DNA of 64,000 nt from Pseudomonadota bacterium (GTDB lineage: Bacteria; Pseudomonadota; Gammaproteobacteria; Xanthomonadales; Xanthomonadaceae). This document shows positions 26,613-37,559 of the stretch, in pieces. The stretch spans positions 515-64,514 of the forward strand of contig JAFEBZ010000217.1 in the NCBI GenBank assembly GCA_018242405.1, read 5' to 3'. Each line of letters opens with the position of its first letter. Position 1 is the stretch's first letter. Both the position numbers and the translations under genes were made by a program. Under the pieces are notes generated by a model. It was not told the DNA's origin. It did no database searches and was given only the letters and a program-made list of their open reading frames with translations.

Positions 26613-28010
26613 ATGACGACGCCCTCCTTCTTCGCCGACCTCCCACTTGCCCCGTCCTTGCGACCGGGTCTCGATGCGCTCGACTACACCACGCTGACGC
26701 CAATCCAGGCGCAGGCACTGCCCGCAGTCCTCGAGGGCCGCGACCTGATCGCACAGGCACCGACCGGCAGCGGCAAGACCGCGGCGTTCGGGCTCGGCCT
26801 GCTGCAAGGGATCGATACCGGCGCCGTGCAAACCCAGGCGCTGGTGCTGTGCCCGACCCGCGAACTCGCCGACCAAGTCGGCAAGAACCTGCGCAAGCTG
26901 GCCACCGGCATCGCCAACCTGAAACTGTCGGTGCTGTGCGGCGGTATTCCGCTGGCACCGCAATTGGCATCGCTCGCCCACGCGCCACACGTCGTGGTGG
27001 GCACGCCCGGTCGCGTGCTGGAACTGGCGCAGAAGGACGCGCTCGACCTGCGCAACGTGCGCACGCTGGTGCTGGACGAAGCCGACCGCATGCTCGACAT
27101 GGGTTTCGACGAACCGATCCGCGCGCTGGTGAAACGCACACCGAAGGAACGCCAAACATTGCTGTTCTCGGCGACATTCCCGGAATCGATCCGCACACTG
27201 GGCAAGGCGATGTTGCGCGATCCGCTGGAAGTCAGCGTCGACGGCGGCGCGCAACCAGCGACGATCGAAACGCATTTCTTCGAAGCCGAATCAGCACGCC
27301 GGGCGCCGCAACTGGCGGCATTGCTGCTGCAATTCCGTCCGGAATCCACCGTCGTGTTCTGCAACATGCGTCGCGACACCGAAGAAGTGGTTGGATCGCT
27401 GGCGCATTACGGTTTCGGCGCCCTCGCCCTCCACGGCGACATGGAACAGCGTGATCGCGACGAGGTGCTGTTGCGCTTCGCCAACCGCAGCTGCAACGTG
27501 CTGGTGGCCAGCGACGTCGCCGCGCGCGGACTCGACATCGACGACATCGGCGCGGTGGTGAATTACGAATTGCCGACCGATGCCGACACCTACCTGCATC
27601 GCGTCGGCCGCACCGGTCGTGCGGGAAAATCGGGATTAGCGCTGAGCCTCGTTTCGTCGCAGGAGCGCGGCCGCGCTGCACTGATCGAGGAACGCATGCT
27701 CGAATCAGGCAAGGGCGTGCAGATCCGTTACGAGAAGATCGAACCGTTGCAAGGCAAGCCGCGCGACGTGCCGCAGGCGACGATGACGACACTGCGCATC
27801 GACGCCGGCCGCACCGACAAGCTGCGTCCGGGCGATATCGTCGGCGCTTTGACCGGCGACGCCGGCCTTGCCAAGGACGCGATCGGCAAGATCGACGTCT
27901 TCCCGACCCGCAGCTATGTCGCCATCACCCGCAACAAGGCGAAGCACGCATTGGAACAATTGCGTGCAGGCAAGATCAAGGGCCGCAAGTTCCGGGTCAA
28001 TATGCTTTAG
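26613..28010 (+). CDS. dbpA: ATP-dependent RNA helicase DbpA
   Basis: Q motif TPIQ, APTGSGKT, PTRELA, DEAD, SAT, HRVGRTGRAG; C-terminal KLRPGDIVGALTG..KIKGRK. Confidence 0.93.
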   Translation: MTTPSFFADLPLAPSLRPGLDALDYTTLTPIQAQALPAVLEGRDLIAQAPTGSGKTAAFGLGLLQGIDTGAVQTQALVLCPTRELADQVGKNLRKLATGIANLKLSVLCGGIPLAPQLASLAHAPHVVVGTPGRVLELAQKDALDLRNVRTLVLDEADRMLDMGFDEPIRALVKRTPKERQTLLFSATFPESIRTLGKAMLRDPLEVSVDGGAQPATIETHFFEAESARRAPQLAALLLQFRPESTVVFCNMRRDTEEVVGSLAHYGFGALALHGDMEQRDRDEVLLRFANRSCNVLVASDVAARGLDIDDIGAVVNYELPTDADTYLHRVGRTGRAGKSGLALSLVSSQERGRAALIEERMLESGKGVQIRYEKIEPLQGKPRDVPQATMTTLRIDAGRTDKLRPGDIVGALTGDAGLAKDAIGKIDVFPTRSYVAITRNKAKHALEQLRAGKIKGRKFRVNML

Positions 28011-28025
28011 ACGAGCAGACTGCAA

Positions 28026-28907
28026 TCAATCGCCGGCGTTGATGGCGTCGCGCAACGCCCGCGCGAAACCCGCGCCGCATGTCGGATCGACGCCGAGATA
28101 GAAATCCGGCTCGATCAGTTCGGCCTCCATCAGCAACCAGCGACCGTCGGCATCCGGCACCATGTCGATGCGCGCGTAGAGCAATGGCTCGTCGATGGCA
28201 GCCAGCACCTGTTCCGCCAATTCCAACGCACCTGCAGGTGGCTTCGGCAGCACGCGATACAAGCCACCGTACTGTTCCTGCACGCGGAATTCGCCATCAG
28301 GGGGACGCTTGTTGACCGCATGACTGAGTCGCCCGCCGAAATACAACAGCGAAGTCTCGCCGTCGCTTTCGATGGTCGGCAGATAGGGCTGGACCAGCAT
28401 CTCTACCCCGGATGACGCCACGAAGTCGCCACCGCGCTTCAGCCTCTGCGTTTTCCACGCACCACCGGACACCGTCGGTTTGACGATCAATTCGTCCGCG
28501 CCGGTTTCCGCGAATGCACGATCGAGCGTTTCCCGGGTGATGTCGTCACTGCAGATCGACTGTGGGATCGCGATGCCGCGCTTGGCGAGCTCCAGCAGGT
28601 AGCGCTTGTCGGAATTCCACGCCAGCACGGTCGCTGGGTTCGACATCGCCACGCCATCGCGCGCCCAGGTCTGGCAGGCGCGCAACCAGCGTGGATGGTC
28701 GTAGTGATAACCCCAGACCAGCAGCGGCAGCACGCGGGCGTACTCGCGCAATACCGAAGTGTCATCCACATGCATCGTCCAAGGTGTCGGAACACCGCGG
28801 ATTCCGACGCCATCCAGCGCATGCTGAAGGCGCGCCAGCACTTTCGGCCACAGTTCCGGATACGACGTTTCCGCCGGATCGGGCGTGAGGATGGCGACGT
28901 CAATCAT
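28026..28907 (-). CDS. ATP-grasp fold protein (RimK/glutathione-synthetase-like)
   Basis: WNSDKRYL, IVKPTVSGG, LVQPYL, FRVQ..GG, YARIDM, LMEAELIEP. Confidence 0.82.
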   Translation of the reverse strand: MIDVAILTPDPAETSYPELWPKVLARLQHALDGVGIRGVPTPWTMHVDDTSVLREYARVLPLLVWGYHYDHPRWLRACQTWARDGVAMSNPATVLAWNSDKRYLLELAKRGIAIPQSICSDDITRETLDRAFAETGADELIVKPTVSGGAWKTQRLKRGGDFVASSGVEMLVQPYLPTIESDGETSLLYFGGRLSHAVNKRPPDGEFRVQEQYGGLYRVLPKPPAGALELAEQVLAAIDEPLLYARIDMVPDADGRWLLMEAELIEPDFYLGVDPTCGAGFARALRDAINAGD

Positions 28908-28915
28908 GCGATCGA

Positions 28916-30607
28916 TCACTTCGCCATCGGCAACTTCAGCCCCTGCTCCTTCGCGCACTGCTGCGCGATCTCGTAGCCGGCATCGGCATGGCGCATCACG
29001 CCGGTGCCGGGGTCGTTCCACAACACGCGGGCGATGCGCTTGTCGGCGGCCTCGCTGCCGTCGCAGACGATCACCACGCCGGAATGCTGCGAATAGCCCA
29101 TGCCGACGCCGCCGCCGTGGTGCAGCGACACCCAGGTCGCGCCGCCGGCGACGTTGAGCATGGCGTTGAGCAGCGGCCAGTCGGAGACGGCATCGCTGCC
29201 ATCCTGCATCGATTCGGTTTCGCGGTTGGGCGAGGCGACGCTGCCGGAGTCGAGGTGGTCGCGACCGATCACCACCGGCGCCTTCAACTCGCCATTGCGG
29301 ACCATTTCGTTGAAGGCGAGGCCGAGCTTGTGGCGCAGGCCGAGTCCGACCCAGCAGATGCGCGCCGGCAGCCCCTGGAAGCTGATGCGTTCGCGCGCCA
29401 TGTCGAGCCAGCGATGCAGGTGCGGATCGTCCGGGATCAGCTCCTTCACCTTGGCATCGGTCTTGTAGATGTCCTCGGGATCGCCGGAGAGCGCGACCCA
29501 GCGGAACGGGCCGACGCCGCGACAGAACAGCGGACGCACGTAGGCCGGCACGAACCCGGGGAAATCAAAGGCGTTCTTCAGGCCTTCGTCGAAGGCCATC
29601 TGGCGGATGTTGTTGCCGTAATCGACGGTCGGAATGCCCTGCGCGTGGAAGGCCAGCATCGCCTCGACATGCGTGCGCATCGACTTCTTCGCCGCGTCGC
29701 GCACCTTGTCGGGATTCGTCTTCTGTTCGGTCTCCCACTGCTCCACCGTCCAGCCCAGCGGCAGGTAACCGTGCACCGGATCGTGGGCTGAGGTCTGGTC
29801 GGTGACGCAATCCGGGCGTACGCCACGCTTCACCAGTTCCGGCAGGATTTCTGCGGCGTTGCCCAGCAGCGCGATCGATTTCGCTTCGCCTGCGGCGGTG
29901 TATTTCGCGATGCGGGCCAACGCGTCATCGATGTCGCTCGCCTGTTCGTCGACATAACGCGTCTTCAGGCGAAAGTCGATGCTCGACTGGCGGCATTCGA
30001 TGTTGAGCGAACACGCACCGGCCAGCGATGCGGCCAGCGGCTGCGCGCCGCCCATGCCACCGAGTCCGGCGGTGAGGATCCACTTGCCTTTCAGCGAACC
30101 GCCGTAGTGCTGGCGTCCCATTTCGACGAAGGTTTCGTAGGTGCCCTGGACGATGCCCTGCGAACCGATGTAGATCCACGAACCCGCGGTCATCTGGCCG
30201 TACATCATCAGGCCCTTGCGATCGAGTTCGTTGAAGTGTTCCCAGGTCGCCCAGTGCGGAACGAGATTCGAGTTGGCGATCAGCACGCGCGGCGCGTCGG
30301 GATGGCTGGGGAACACGCCGACCGGCTTGCCCGATTGCACCAGCAACGTTTCGTCGTCGCCAAGCGTCTTCAGCGTTTCAAGAATCTTGTCGTAGCACTC
30401 CCAGTCGCGCGCGGCGCGGCCGATGCCGCCGTAGACGACCAGATCCTGCGGACGTTCCGCGACCTCGGCATCGAGGTTGTTCTGCAACATGCGGTACGGC
30501 GCTTCGGTCAACCACGATTTGCAGTTGAGCTGGTTGCCGCGCGGGGCGCGGATCTGGCGGGCGGGATCGTGTCGGGACGAACGTGCCGGCTGGGTCGAAT
30601 CGGCCAT
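28916..30607 (-). CDS. hutU: Urocanate hydratase
   Basis: [47 protein letters not shown]. Confidence 0.97.
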   Translation of the reverse strand: MADSTQPARSSRHDPARQIRAPRGNQLNCKSWLTEAPYRMLQNNLDAEVAERPQDLVVYGGIGRAARDWECYDKILETLKTLGDDETLLVQSGKPVGVFPSHPDAPRVLIANSNLVPHWATWEHFNELDRKGLMMYGQMTAGSWIYIGSQGIVQGTYETFVEMGRQHYGGSLKGKWILTAGLGGMGGAQPLAASLAGACSLNIECRQSSIDFRLKTRYVDEQASDIDDALARIAKYTAAGEAKSIALLGNAAEILPELVKRGVRPDCVTDQTSAHDPVHGYLPLGWTVEQWETEQKTNPDKVRDAAKKSMRTHVEAMLAFHAQGIPTVDYGNNIRQMAFDEGLKNAFDFPGFVPAYVRPLFCRGVGPFRWVALSGDPEDIYKTDAKVKELIPDDPHLHRWLDMARERISFQGLPARICWVGLGLRHKLGLAFNEMVRNGELKAPVVIGRDHLDSGSVASPNRETESMQDGSDAVSDWPLLNAMLNVAGGATWVSLHHGGGVGMGYSQHSGVVIVCDGSEAADKRIARVLWNDPGTGVMRHADAGYEIAQQCAKEQGLKLPMAK

Positions 30608-30703
30608 CGCGGAACTCCTGCGGGGAAGCATGCGGGGAATTGCCGATTATCGCACCGTGACCGCGACAGGCGTATGGTGGCGACTCCATTCCGGAGCCCC
30701 GCC

Positions 30704-31462
30704 ATGAAGAAGAACGTGCTTCCGTTGCTGTCCGGCCTCGCCCTCGCCACGACCCTGTGCATCGCCACCGCCAGGAACACCTCGAACCACGGCATTCCCG
30801 CCTACGTCAAGGCCGCGATCGCCGATCCCGTGCGCGCCACCGACACCAAGGACGACGCGCGCCGCCATGGCGCCGAGATCGCCGCGTTCACCGGGGTCAA
30901 GCCCGGCGACAAGGTGCTGGAAATCGCGCCCGGCGGCGGTTACTTCACCCGCATCTTCAGCAAGGTGGTCGGCGACAAGGGCCACGTCTACGCGGTGGTG
31001 CCGGAACCGATGCGCAAATACTCCGACGACACCGTGAAGTTGCCGGACACCCTCAAGAACGTCGAAGTGCTGTTCCAGCCGGCCGACGCACTGAGCGCAG
31101 CGCAGCCGGTCGATGTGATCTTCACCTCGCAGAACTACCACGACTATCCCGACACGTTCATGGGCCCGACCGATCCGGCATTGCTCGACAAGGCGGCGTT
31201 CGCGGCGCTCAAGCCCGGCGGCGTCTTCATCGTGATCGACCATGCCGCTGCTGCCGGTTCCGGCCTGCGCGATACCGAGACCCTGCACCGCATTGATCCG
31301 GCCTTCGTGAAACAGCAGGTCGAAGCCGCAGGATTCAAGTTCGTCGGCGAAAGCAATGTCCTGCGCAATCCCGCCGACGATCATTCACTGAAGGTGTTCG
31401 ACAAGAGCATCCGCGGCCACACCGACCAGTTCGCCTACAAGTTCCGCAAGCCGATGAAATAA
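30704..31462 (+). CDS. Exported class I SAM-dependent methyltransferase
   Basis: Signal peptide; VLEIAPGGGYFT, QNYHD, LKPGG, LHRIDP, RGHTDQF. Confidence 0.83.
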   Translation: MKKNVLPLLSGLALATTLCIATARNTSNHGIPAYVKAAIADPVRATDTKDDARRHGAEIAAFTGVKPGDKVLEIAPGGGYFTRIFSKVVGDKGHVYAVVPEPMRKYSDDTVKLPDTLKNVEVLFQPADALSAAQPVDVIFTSQNYHDYPDTFMGPTDPALLDKAAFAALKPGGVFIVIDHAAAAGSGLRDTETLHRIDPAFVKQQVEAAGFKFVGESNVLRNPADDHSLKVFDKSIRGHTDQFAYKFRKPMK

Positions 31463-31484
31463 GCACCAACGGCGCGATGTCCAC

Positions 31485-32726
31485 TCACGGCATCGCGCCG
31501 CGACTCATCGGGACCGGCGGCGTCACGACATCGGTCAACGGCGGCACGCGATACAGGCGCAACGCAATCAGCAATCCCGCCAGCACCAGCGCGCCGACGA
31601 ACAGCGCGACGCCGTTCCATCCCCAACGGGCATAGAACAGGCCGCCACCGGCGCCGGCGATGCTCGACCCCATGTAATAGGCGAACAGATACAACGACGA
31701 TGCCTGCGCCTTGGCCATTCCAGCACGTCGCCCCACCCAGCTGCTGACGATGGAATGGCCGCCGAAGAAGCCGAAGGTGATCGCGACGACGCCGATTGCC
31801 ACCAGCGTCAGCGGTCGCGCCATGGTCAATGCCACGCCCGCCAGCATCAGCGCGAATGCGCTCCACAACACCTTGCGTCGTCCCAGCTTGCCGGCGAGAT
31901 GCCCCATCCATGCCGAACTGAAGATGCCGACCAGATAGATCGAGAACACCGATCCGACCGCGGCCTGGCTGAGGCGATACGGTGGCGCGATCAGGCGATA
32001 GCCGAGATAGTTGTAGATGGCGACGAAGGCGCCGAGCAGCAGGAAGCCTTCGGCGAACAGCCATGGCAGGGCCGCATCGCGGAACAACCCGGTGAAGCGC
32101 GCGGCGAATGCGCGTGGGTGCAGCGGCTGCGGCACGAAGCGTCGTGATGCCGGCAACACGCGCCAGAACACCAACGCCGCGATCAATCCACCCAACCCGA
32201 CCGCGGCGATGCCGGCATGCCATCCGACCCAGTCCGCCAGCACGCCGGCCACCAGTCGCCCGCCCATGCCACCGATCGCGCTGCCGCTGATGTACAGGCC
32301 CATGCCGAGACCGATGGATTCCGCATCCATCTCCTCGCCGAGATAGGTCATCGCCACCGCCGGCAAGCCGCTGAGCGTGAGGCCGAGCAATGTGCGCGAC
32401 ACCAGCAGCGCGTGCCAGCCCGGCGCCCAGGCGCTGAACAGCACCAGCAACGCGGACGCGAGCAACGATGCCACCATCACCGATTTGCGTCCCAGCGCAT
32501 CGGACACGCCGCCCGCGAACAACATCGCGAACGCCAGCACACCGGTGGTCAACGACAGCGACAACGCGCTTTGGGCTTCGTTCACGCCATATTCGCGGCT
32601 GAATTCCGGCATCAGCGGTTGCACGCAATACAACAATCCGAACGTCGCCAGTCCGGCGGCGAACATCGCCAGGTTGGTACGCCGGAATTCCGGCGTGCCG
32701 TGGCGAATGCCGCCCTCTTCGCTCAC
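31485..32726 (-). CDS. MFS transporter (YnfM-like)
   Basis: GLATFGLLYCVQP, SDALGRK, AMTYLGEE, ASSLYLFAYYMGSS; GTGA overlap with the upstream gene. Confidence 0.88.
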   Translation of the reverse strand: MSEEGGIRHGTPEFRRTNLAMFAAGLATFGLLYCVQPLMPEFSREYGVNEAQSALSLSLTTGVLAFAMLFAGGVSDALGRKSVMVASLLASALLVLFSAWAPGWHALLVSRTLLGLTLSGLPAVAMTYLGEEMDAESIGLGMGLYISGSAIGGMGGRLVAGVLADWVGWHAGIAAVGLGGLIAALVFWRVLPASRRFVPQPLHPRAFAARFTGLFRDAALPWLFAEGFLLLGAFVAIYNYLGYRLIAPPYRLSQAAVGSVFSIYLVGIFSSAWMGHLAGKLGRRKVLWSAFALMLAGVALTMARPLTLVAIGVVAITFGFFGGHSIVSSWVGRRAGMAKAQASSLYLFAYYMGSSIAGAGGGLFYARWGWNGVALFVGALVLAGLLIALRLYRVPPLTDVVTPPVPMSRGAMP

Positions 32727-35700
32727 TCGCCGATCACCAGCAACCAGCCCTTGCCCGGTTCGAGCGGAATCGCTTCGTCGCGCTTGAAGGTGCGTGCAGG
32801 CTGGAATCCCTCGATCGCCGATGCAGTGATCGTCGCCTTGGCCGGATCGATACCGAGCGCCTTCCAGTCGATCTGCAGCGGCAGCGACGTCGTCTGAGGC
32901 GCCCATGATGCGATCGCGATCATCGCCTTGTGTTCGCGCTGGTACACGGTGGCGAGCACATCCTTGCGGCCGGTCTTCACCGGAACATCAGGCGCCCACC
33001 AGCCGATCATCTCGGCCTTCTCGATGCCGAACGCATCCCAAGCCTTCCACAGATGGCGCGGATCGCCGCCGGTCCACGGCATGCGGTTGGTCATGCCGAA
33101 TACCATGCCGCGCCACGGATTGCCACCGTCCTGCAGCATCTCGCCCATCAGGCCATACGGAATACCGGAGATTTCGGTGAGCCAGTACGCCGGCGAGGTT
33201 TTCTGGTAATCGAAGTATTCGCCGAACCACAGGCGGTCGAGATACGGCATCTGCTCCATGTACAACAGCGCGCTGGAGTTCCAACCATCGCGTTCGTTGT
33301 ACTGGTTGGCGGAATGCAGGTCGATCAGCGGATCGGGGCGATGCGCCGCCAGCGCCTTGCGCACGCGCTTCATCGTCACGCGGTCGAAGGCGACGTCATC
33401 GAGATAGAGTCCGTCGATGCCGACGTTGCGCGCCAGCCAGTCCATCCCTTCGATGTAGTAGTTGTTCCAGCGGCTGGCGCCGGAGTTGATGATCGCCGCA
33501 TCGCGGATCTCGGGCACGTGCCAGGCCGCGATGTAATCGCCGTCGAGATGTTCCTGCAACCACGACCAGCCACCGCCCTTGCCGGGGCTGATGATCTCCG
33601 ACCCCAGGCTTTCCAGCATCGGCACTTCCGGCGCGTGGTCGGAGAGTTCGCGGATGGTGTTGTAGATCTTCACCTTCATGCCGCGCGCGTGGGCGGCATC
33701 GATATAGGCCTTCATCTTCCCCGGTTCGAGGAAGGGATAATTGATCCACGGATTGATCGGCGTGGCGTGGTGGATGTTGACCACGGTGGCGCCGGCGGCG
33801 GCTATTTCATCCAGCGGCGCGTACTTGTGGAAAAAGCGCTGGGCGAAATGACGTGGCGGATCGATGGTCTTGAACGGCGTGATCCGCAACTCGATGTCGT
33901 AGCGCAGCGTGTCGCCCGCCTGCATCGTGCGTGGGCCGCTGAAAGCGACCACTTCGTAGCGATTACCATTGCGCGCCATGCGGATGCCGCCCTTCCCGCC
34001 GTTGTCCCACGACAGCGGCATCTTCAGCGGCTTGTCGTGGTAGAAATTGGTATTGAGCGGGCGTTCGTAATGTTCGTCGCGGAAATGGAATTCCATGCCG
34101 GCGTTGACGTCGCCGATCCACGCGCCGTCCTGGTTCTTCTGCACGTCCCACTTCCAGTCGAAGCGGTCGGCGGTTTCGTCGCCGGGACGCCCAAGGCCGA
34201 TCATGTAGCGCGCAGCATCGGCGACGAAGGGAATTTCCAGGCGGATATCGCGCAGCGACGTGGCCTGCGCCGCCTTCAGCGCGATGCGGTAGTGCATCGA
34301 ACCATCGGCTTCCAGTTCGCCCTGCACGTCCTGCTGCAGTGATCCGACCCGCGATGTCGCGGTCCAGCGCACACGCGCCGGACCGACCGTTTCGACCCTA
34401 GGCGACGATGTGGCGGTCGCGACATTCGCCTTGCCGTCATCGACCACCAGGCGCATCGGCGCAGCGAGCAATGCTCGTGGCGTGTTGCCGATCGCCGTCA
34501 TCCGCGGCGTGAATTCGCTGTCGACCGCGGCGGGCAAACCATCGCTGCCGATGCGGACGTGGCGACCGAGGATCGACAACACATCACCCTGCACCTGCAC
34601 CGGCGTGTACGGCGCGACCACACTGTCGTCCTGGTAGAGCGTGGAATCGAGCCAGCGCAGGCGCGTGAGGTTCTGCGGCTGGTCGTCGCCATGCGCGGCG
34701 ATTTGCGCGGATGAAACTTCAATCTCGATCGGCAGGCGCTGGCTCCCGCCATCGGTCGTCACGACTGCAATGCCACGATAGCGACCCGGTTTGGCATCGG
34801 CGGGAATGTCGAGTCCAAGCCACAACGGATCGATCGCACCCTGTTTCACATCGTGGCGTTGCGTGAACGATTGTCCGGTGTAATCGATGCCGCCCAGCGC
34901 GAAACGATGCAATTTCGAAGTATCGATGCGCGCACCGTTTGCGCCCTGCAGCGATTCGAGCGTGATGCGCACATCGTTCACGGCACGTCGTGGTGCCCAC
35001 AGGCCAAGCTGGAAACTCAGGAATTCGCCGCGTTCCGCCGCCAGATGCAGCTCCTTGCCGGGGCCACGCACCGCCCAGCGCATCGGCAACTGGTCGAACA
35101 TCCGCACGGGATGCGCGCGATCCTCGCCGAACAGCAGGAATGGCGCCTGTTGCGCGCCCTGCAACACTCGAGCGATCTCCGCAGGCGATGCGATGCGTTC
35201 CATGTCGGTATAGGCGTCGAAGGGATCGACCGCTTCGTAGCCGGCAACCTTCGCCCGCGGCAACGCATCCAGTTTCGCCGGCGACGTCGCGCCGATGCGC
35301 GCACTCCACGCGGATTCAGCGCTGTCCTGCCACGGCAGATAGGTCAGTTTCGGATAGTTGCGACTTCCGGTCTGCTGGAACGGCTGGAAATAGACGTGAT
35401 AGCGGCCCGCTCCTTGCATCGGCTCGAACACCAGTGTCGCCGACACCTGGTCGACATGGCGGCGCAGCACGTTGGCGATCGCCTTGCCATCCGGCCCGGT
35501 AACGATGAGCTTGTGCTCGCCGATTGCACGATCGCGCAATCGCCACGGAATCGTCACCTGCACGGCCGGCGCGGCGACGGTGACATCCACTGCATAGCGA
35601 TGGTTGCCGTAGGCGTAACGATCCCATTTTTCCGTGACGGTCGAGATTTTCTCGTCCTGCGCCAGTACGGAAGCCGGAGCCGCCAAGGCGATGGCCAGCG

Positions 35701-35737
35701 CCGCGCACGCGGCGATCCGCTGCAGATGTTCACCCAT
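32723..35737 (-). CDS. Large exported putative glycoside hydrolase (DUF6067-like)
   Basis: Signal peptide; about 1000 aa; NIHHA..INPWINYPF, KVKIY, DGLYLDD TIM-barrel-like catalytic segment. Confidence 0.72.
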   Translation of the reverse strand: MGEHLQRIAACAALAIALAAPASVLAQDEKISTVTEKWDRYAYGNHRYAVDVTVAAPAVQVTIPWRLRDRAIGEHKLIVTGPDGKAIANVLRRHVDQVSATLVFEPMQGAGRYHVYFQPFQQTGSRNYPKLTYLPWQDSAESAWSARIGATSPAKLDALPRAKVAGYEAVDPFDAYTDMERIASPAEIARVLQGAQQAPFLLFGEDRAHPVRMFDQLPMRWAVRGPGKELHLAAERGEFLSFQLGLWAPRRAVNDVRITLESLQGANGARIDTSKLHRFALGGIDYTGQSFTQRHDVKQGAIDPLWLGLDIPADAKPGRYRGIAVVTTDGGSQRLPIEIEVSSAQIAAHGDDQPQNLTRLRWLDSTLYQDDSVVAPYTPVQVQGDVLSILGRHVRIGSDGLPAAVDSEFTPRMTAIGNTPRALLAAPMRLVVDDGKANVATATSSPRVETVGPARVRWTATSRVGSLQQDVQGELEADGSMHYRIALKAAQATSLRDIRLEIPFVADAARYMIGLGRPGDETADRFDWKWDVQKNQDGAWIGDVNAGMEFHFRDEHYERPLNTNFYHDKPLKMPLSWDNGGKGGIRMARNGNRYEVVAFSGPRTMQAGDTLRYDIELRITPFKTIDPPRHFAQRFFHKYAPLDEIAAAGATVVNIHHATPINPWINYPFLEPGKMKAYIDAAHARGMKVKIYNTIRELSDHAPEVPMLESLGSEIISPGKGGGWSWLQEHLDGDYIAAWHVPEIRDAAIINSGASRWNNYYIEGMDWLARNVGIDGLYLDDVAFDRVTMKRVRKALAAHRPDPLIDLHSANQYNERDGWNSSALLYMEQMPYLDRLWFGEYFDYQKTSPAYWLTEISGIPYGLMGEMLQDGGNPWRGMVFGMTNRMPWTGGDPRHLWKAWDAFGIEKAEMIGWWAPDVPVKTGRKDVLATVYQREHKAMIAIASWAPQTTSLPLQIDWKALGIDPAKATITASAIEGFQPARTFKRDEAIPLEPGKGWLLVIGE

Positions 35738-35789
35738 CGAGTCGCTCCGAAATGCCAGAATGGCGATGTTAGGCCATCCGGTTCCCGCC

Positions 35790-37046
35790 ATGCATTCGCA
35801 AGCCCGCCTGCTGAATTCCTTGCGTTTCCTGCTGCTCGCCTGCCTGTTGCTGGCAGGTTGCGCCACTGCCCCGACCTCGCCCCAATCGCGACCGCCACTG
35901 CTGCTGATTTCGGTCGATGGCCTGCGCGCACAGGACGTTACTCCCGAACTGATGCCGAACGTGTCGCGTCTCGCACGCGGGGGCGTCCATGCAATCGATG
36001 GCATGCGCCCGTCGTATCCGTCACTGACCTTTCCCAACCACTACACCATCGTCACCGGCCTGCGTCCCGATCATCACGGCATCATCCAGAACACCATGCA
36101 CGACCCCGTGCTGGGCGACTTCAAATTGTCGGATGAGGCGGCAGTCAGTGACGGGCGCTGGTGGGGCGGCGAACCGGTGTGGGTAAGCGTGGAGAAAGCC
36201 GGACTGCGTTCCGCCACCCTGTTCTGGCCGGGTAGCCAGGCCGCGATCGAAAGCGTGCGGCCGTCGCGCTATCGCGTCTACGACAAGAAGGTCAGCGCAA
36301 ATACGCGCGTGGACACCGTCGCCACGTGGCTCGACGAACCGGCGACCACACGCCCGGCCTTCGCCACGTTGTATTTCGATGAAGTGGACGAAGCCGAACA
36401 CGAACACTCCCCTGGATCTCCAGAAGCATTCGCCGCCATCCGCGAAACCGACGCCGCGATCGGTCGCCTGATCGACGCGCTGCGCGCACATGGACAGCTC
36501 GATCGCACCAACATCGTGCTGGTCTCCGATCACGGCTTCGCCAAGGTCCCGAAAGGAAACGTGGTCGTGGTCGAGGACGTGGTGACGAAGGAGGAAGCCA
36601 AGGCCGTCGCGCTCGGCCAAGTTCCGGAATTCACGCCGAATCCTGGTTTCGAAGCGATTTCCGCACGCAAGCTGCTCGGTCGCCACGATCATTTCGAATG
36701 CTGGAAGAAAGACGCGCTGCCGACACGCTGGCACTACGGCAGCAATCCGCGCATACCGCCGATCGTCTGCCAGATGGACGAGGGCTGGGACATGATCGCG
36801 CGCTCCGGCGCCGCCAAACGCGCCAGCGAAGGCGATCGCGGCTCGCACGGTTACGATCCCGCCCTGCCGTCGATGCGCGCAACCTTCGTGGCGCATGGCC
36901 CGGCATTTACGCCAGGCACGACGCTGCCGACATTCGACAATGTCGACGTCTACCCCATGCTGATGCGCCTGCTCGGACTGACGCTACGCGCCAATGACGG
37001 CGATCCGCGCACCTTCGATTCCGTGCTGCAACCGCAACCGAAATGA
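35790..37046 (+). CDS. Nucleotide pyrophosphatase/phosphodiesterase (alkaline phosphatase superfamily) lipoprotein
   Basis: LAGC lipobox, LISVDG, PSLTFPNH (Thr nucleophile), VSDHG, HGYD. Confidence 0.92.
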   Translation: MHSQARLLNSLRFLLLACLLLAGCATAPTSPQSRPPLLLISVDGLRAQDVTPELMPNVSRLARGGVHAIDGMRPSYPSLTFPNHYTIVTGLRPDHHGIIQNTMHDPVLGDFKLSDEAAVSDGRWWGGEPVWVSVEKAGLRSATLFWPGSQAAIESVRPSRYRVYDKKVSANTRVDTVATWLDEPATTRPAFATLYFDEVDEAEHEHSPGSPEAFAAIRETDAAIGRLIDALRAHGQLDRTNIVLVSDHGFAKVPKGNVVVVEDVVTKEEAKAVALGQVPEFTPNPGFEAISARKLLGRHDHFECWKKDALPTRWHYGSNPRIPPIVCQMDEGWDMIARSGAAKRASEGDRGSHGYDPALPSMRATFVAHGPAFTPGTTLPTFDNVDVYPMLMRLLGLTLRANDGDPRTFDSVLQPQPK

Positions 37047-37549
37047 CGACGAAGACGATCGTCCGCTGGAGGCATATCGCAAGTCCGGTCGGCGACTTGC
37101 TGGTCGCAACCGATGACAACGGCCTGCGTGCAATCGAATTCCCGCGCAATCGCCATCCGATGAAACGCGACGACGGCTGGATCGAGGGCGCGCACCCGTT
37201 GATAGATGAAGCGCAACGCCAGCTCGACGATTACTTCGCCGGAAAGCGCACCATCTTCGATGTGCCGCTGGCGCCACGCGGCACGCCGTTCCAGCTCGCA
37301 GTGTGGCAGGCGCTGCGCGAGATCCCGTTCGGCGACACCTGGACCTACGGCGATCTTGCCCGCCACATCAACCAACCATCGGCGGTACGCGCGGTCGGTG
37401 CGGCCAACGGTCGCAATCCGATTCCCGTCATCGTTCCCTGCCACCGCGTGATCGGCAGCGACGGCAGCCTCACCGGTTTCGGTGGCGGCCTGCCGACCAA
37501 GGAATTCCTGCTGCGCCTCGAAGGCGCCCTGCCCGCTTCGCTGCTTTAA
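37043..37549 (+). CDS. ogt: Methylated-DNA--protein-cysteine methyltransferase
   Basis: GTPFQ..VW, RAVG.ANGRNP, PCHRV active site. Confidence 0.92.
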   Translation: MTTKTIVRWRHIASPVGDLLVATDDNGLRAIEFPRNRHPMKRDDGWIEGAHPLIDEAQRQLDDYFAGKRTIFDVPLAPRGTPFQLAVWQALREIPFGDTWTYGDLARHINQPSAVRAVGAANGRNPIPVIVPCHRVIGSDGSLTGFGGGLPTKEFLLRLEGALPASLL

Positions 37550-37559
37550 TCGGGCACGA

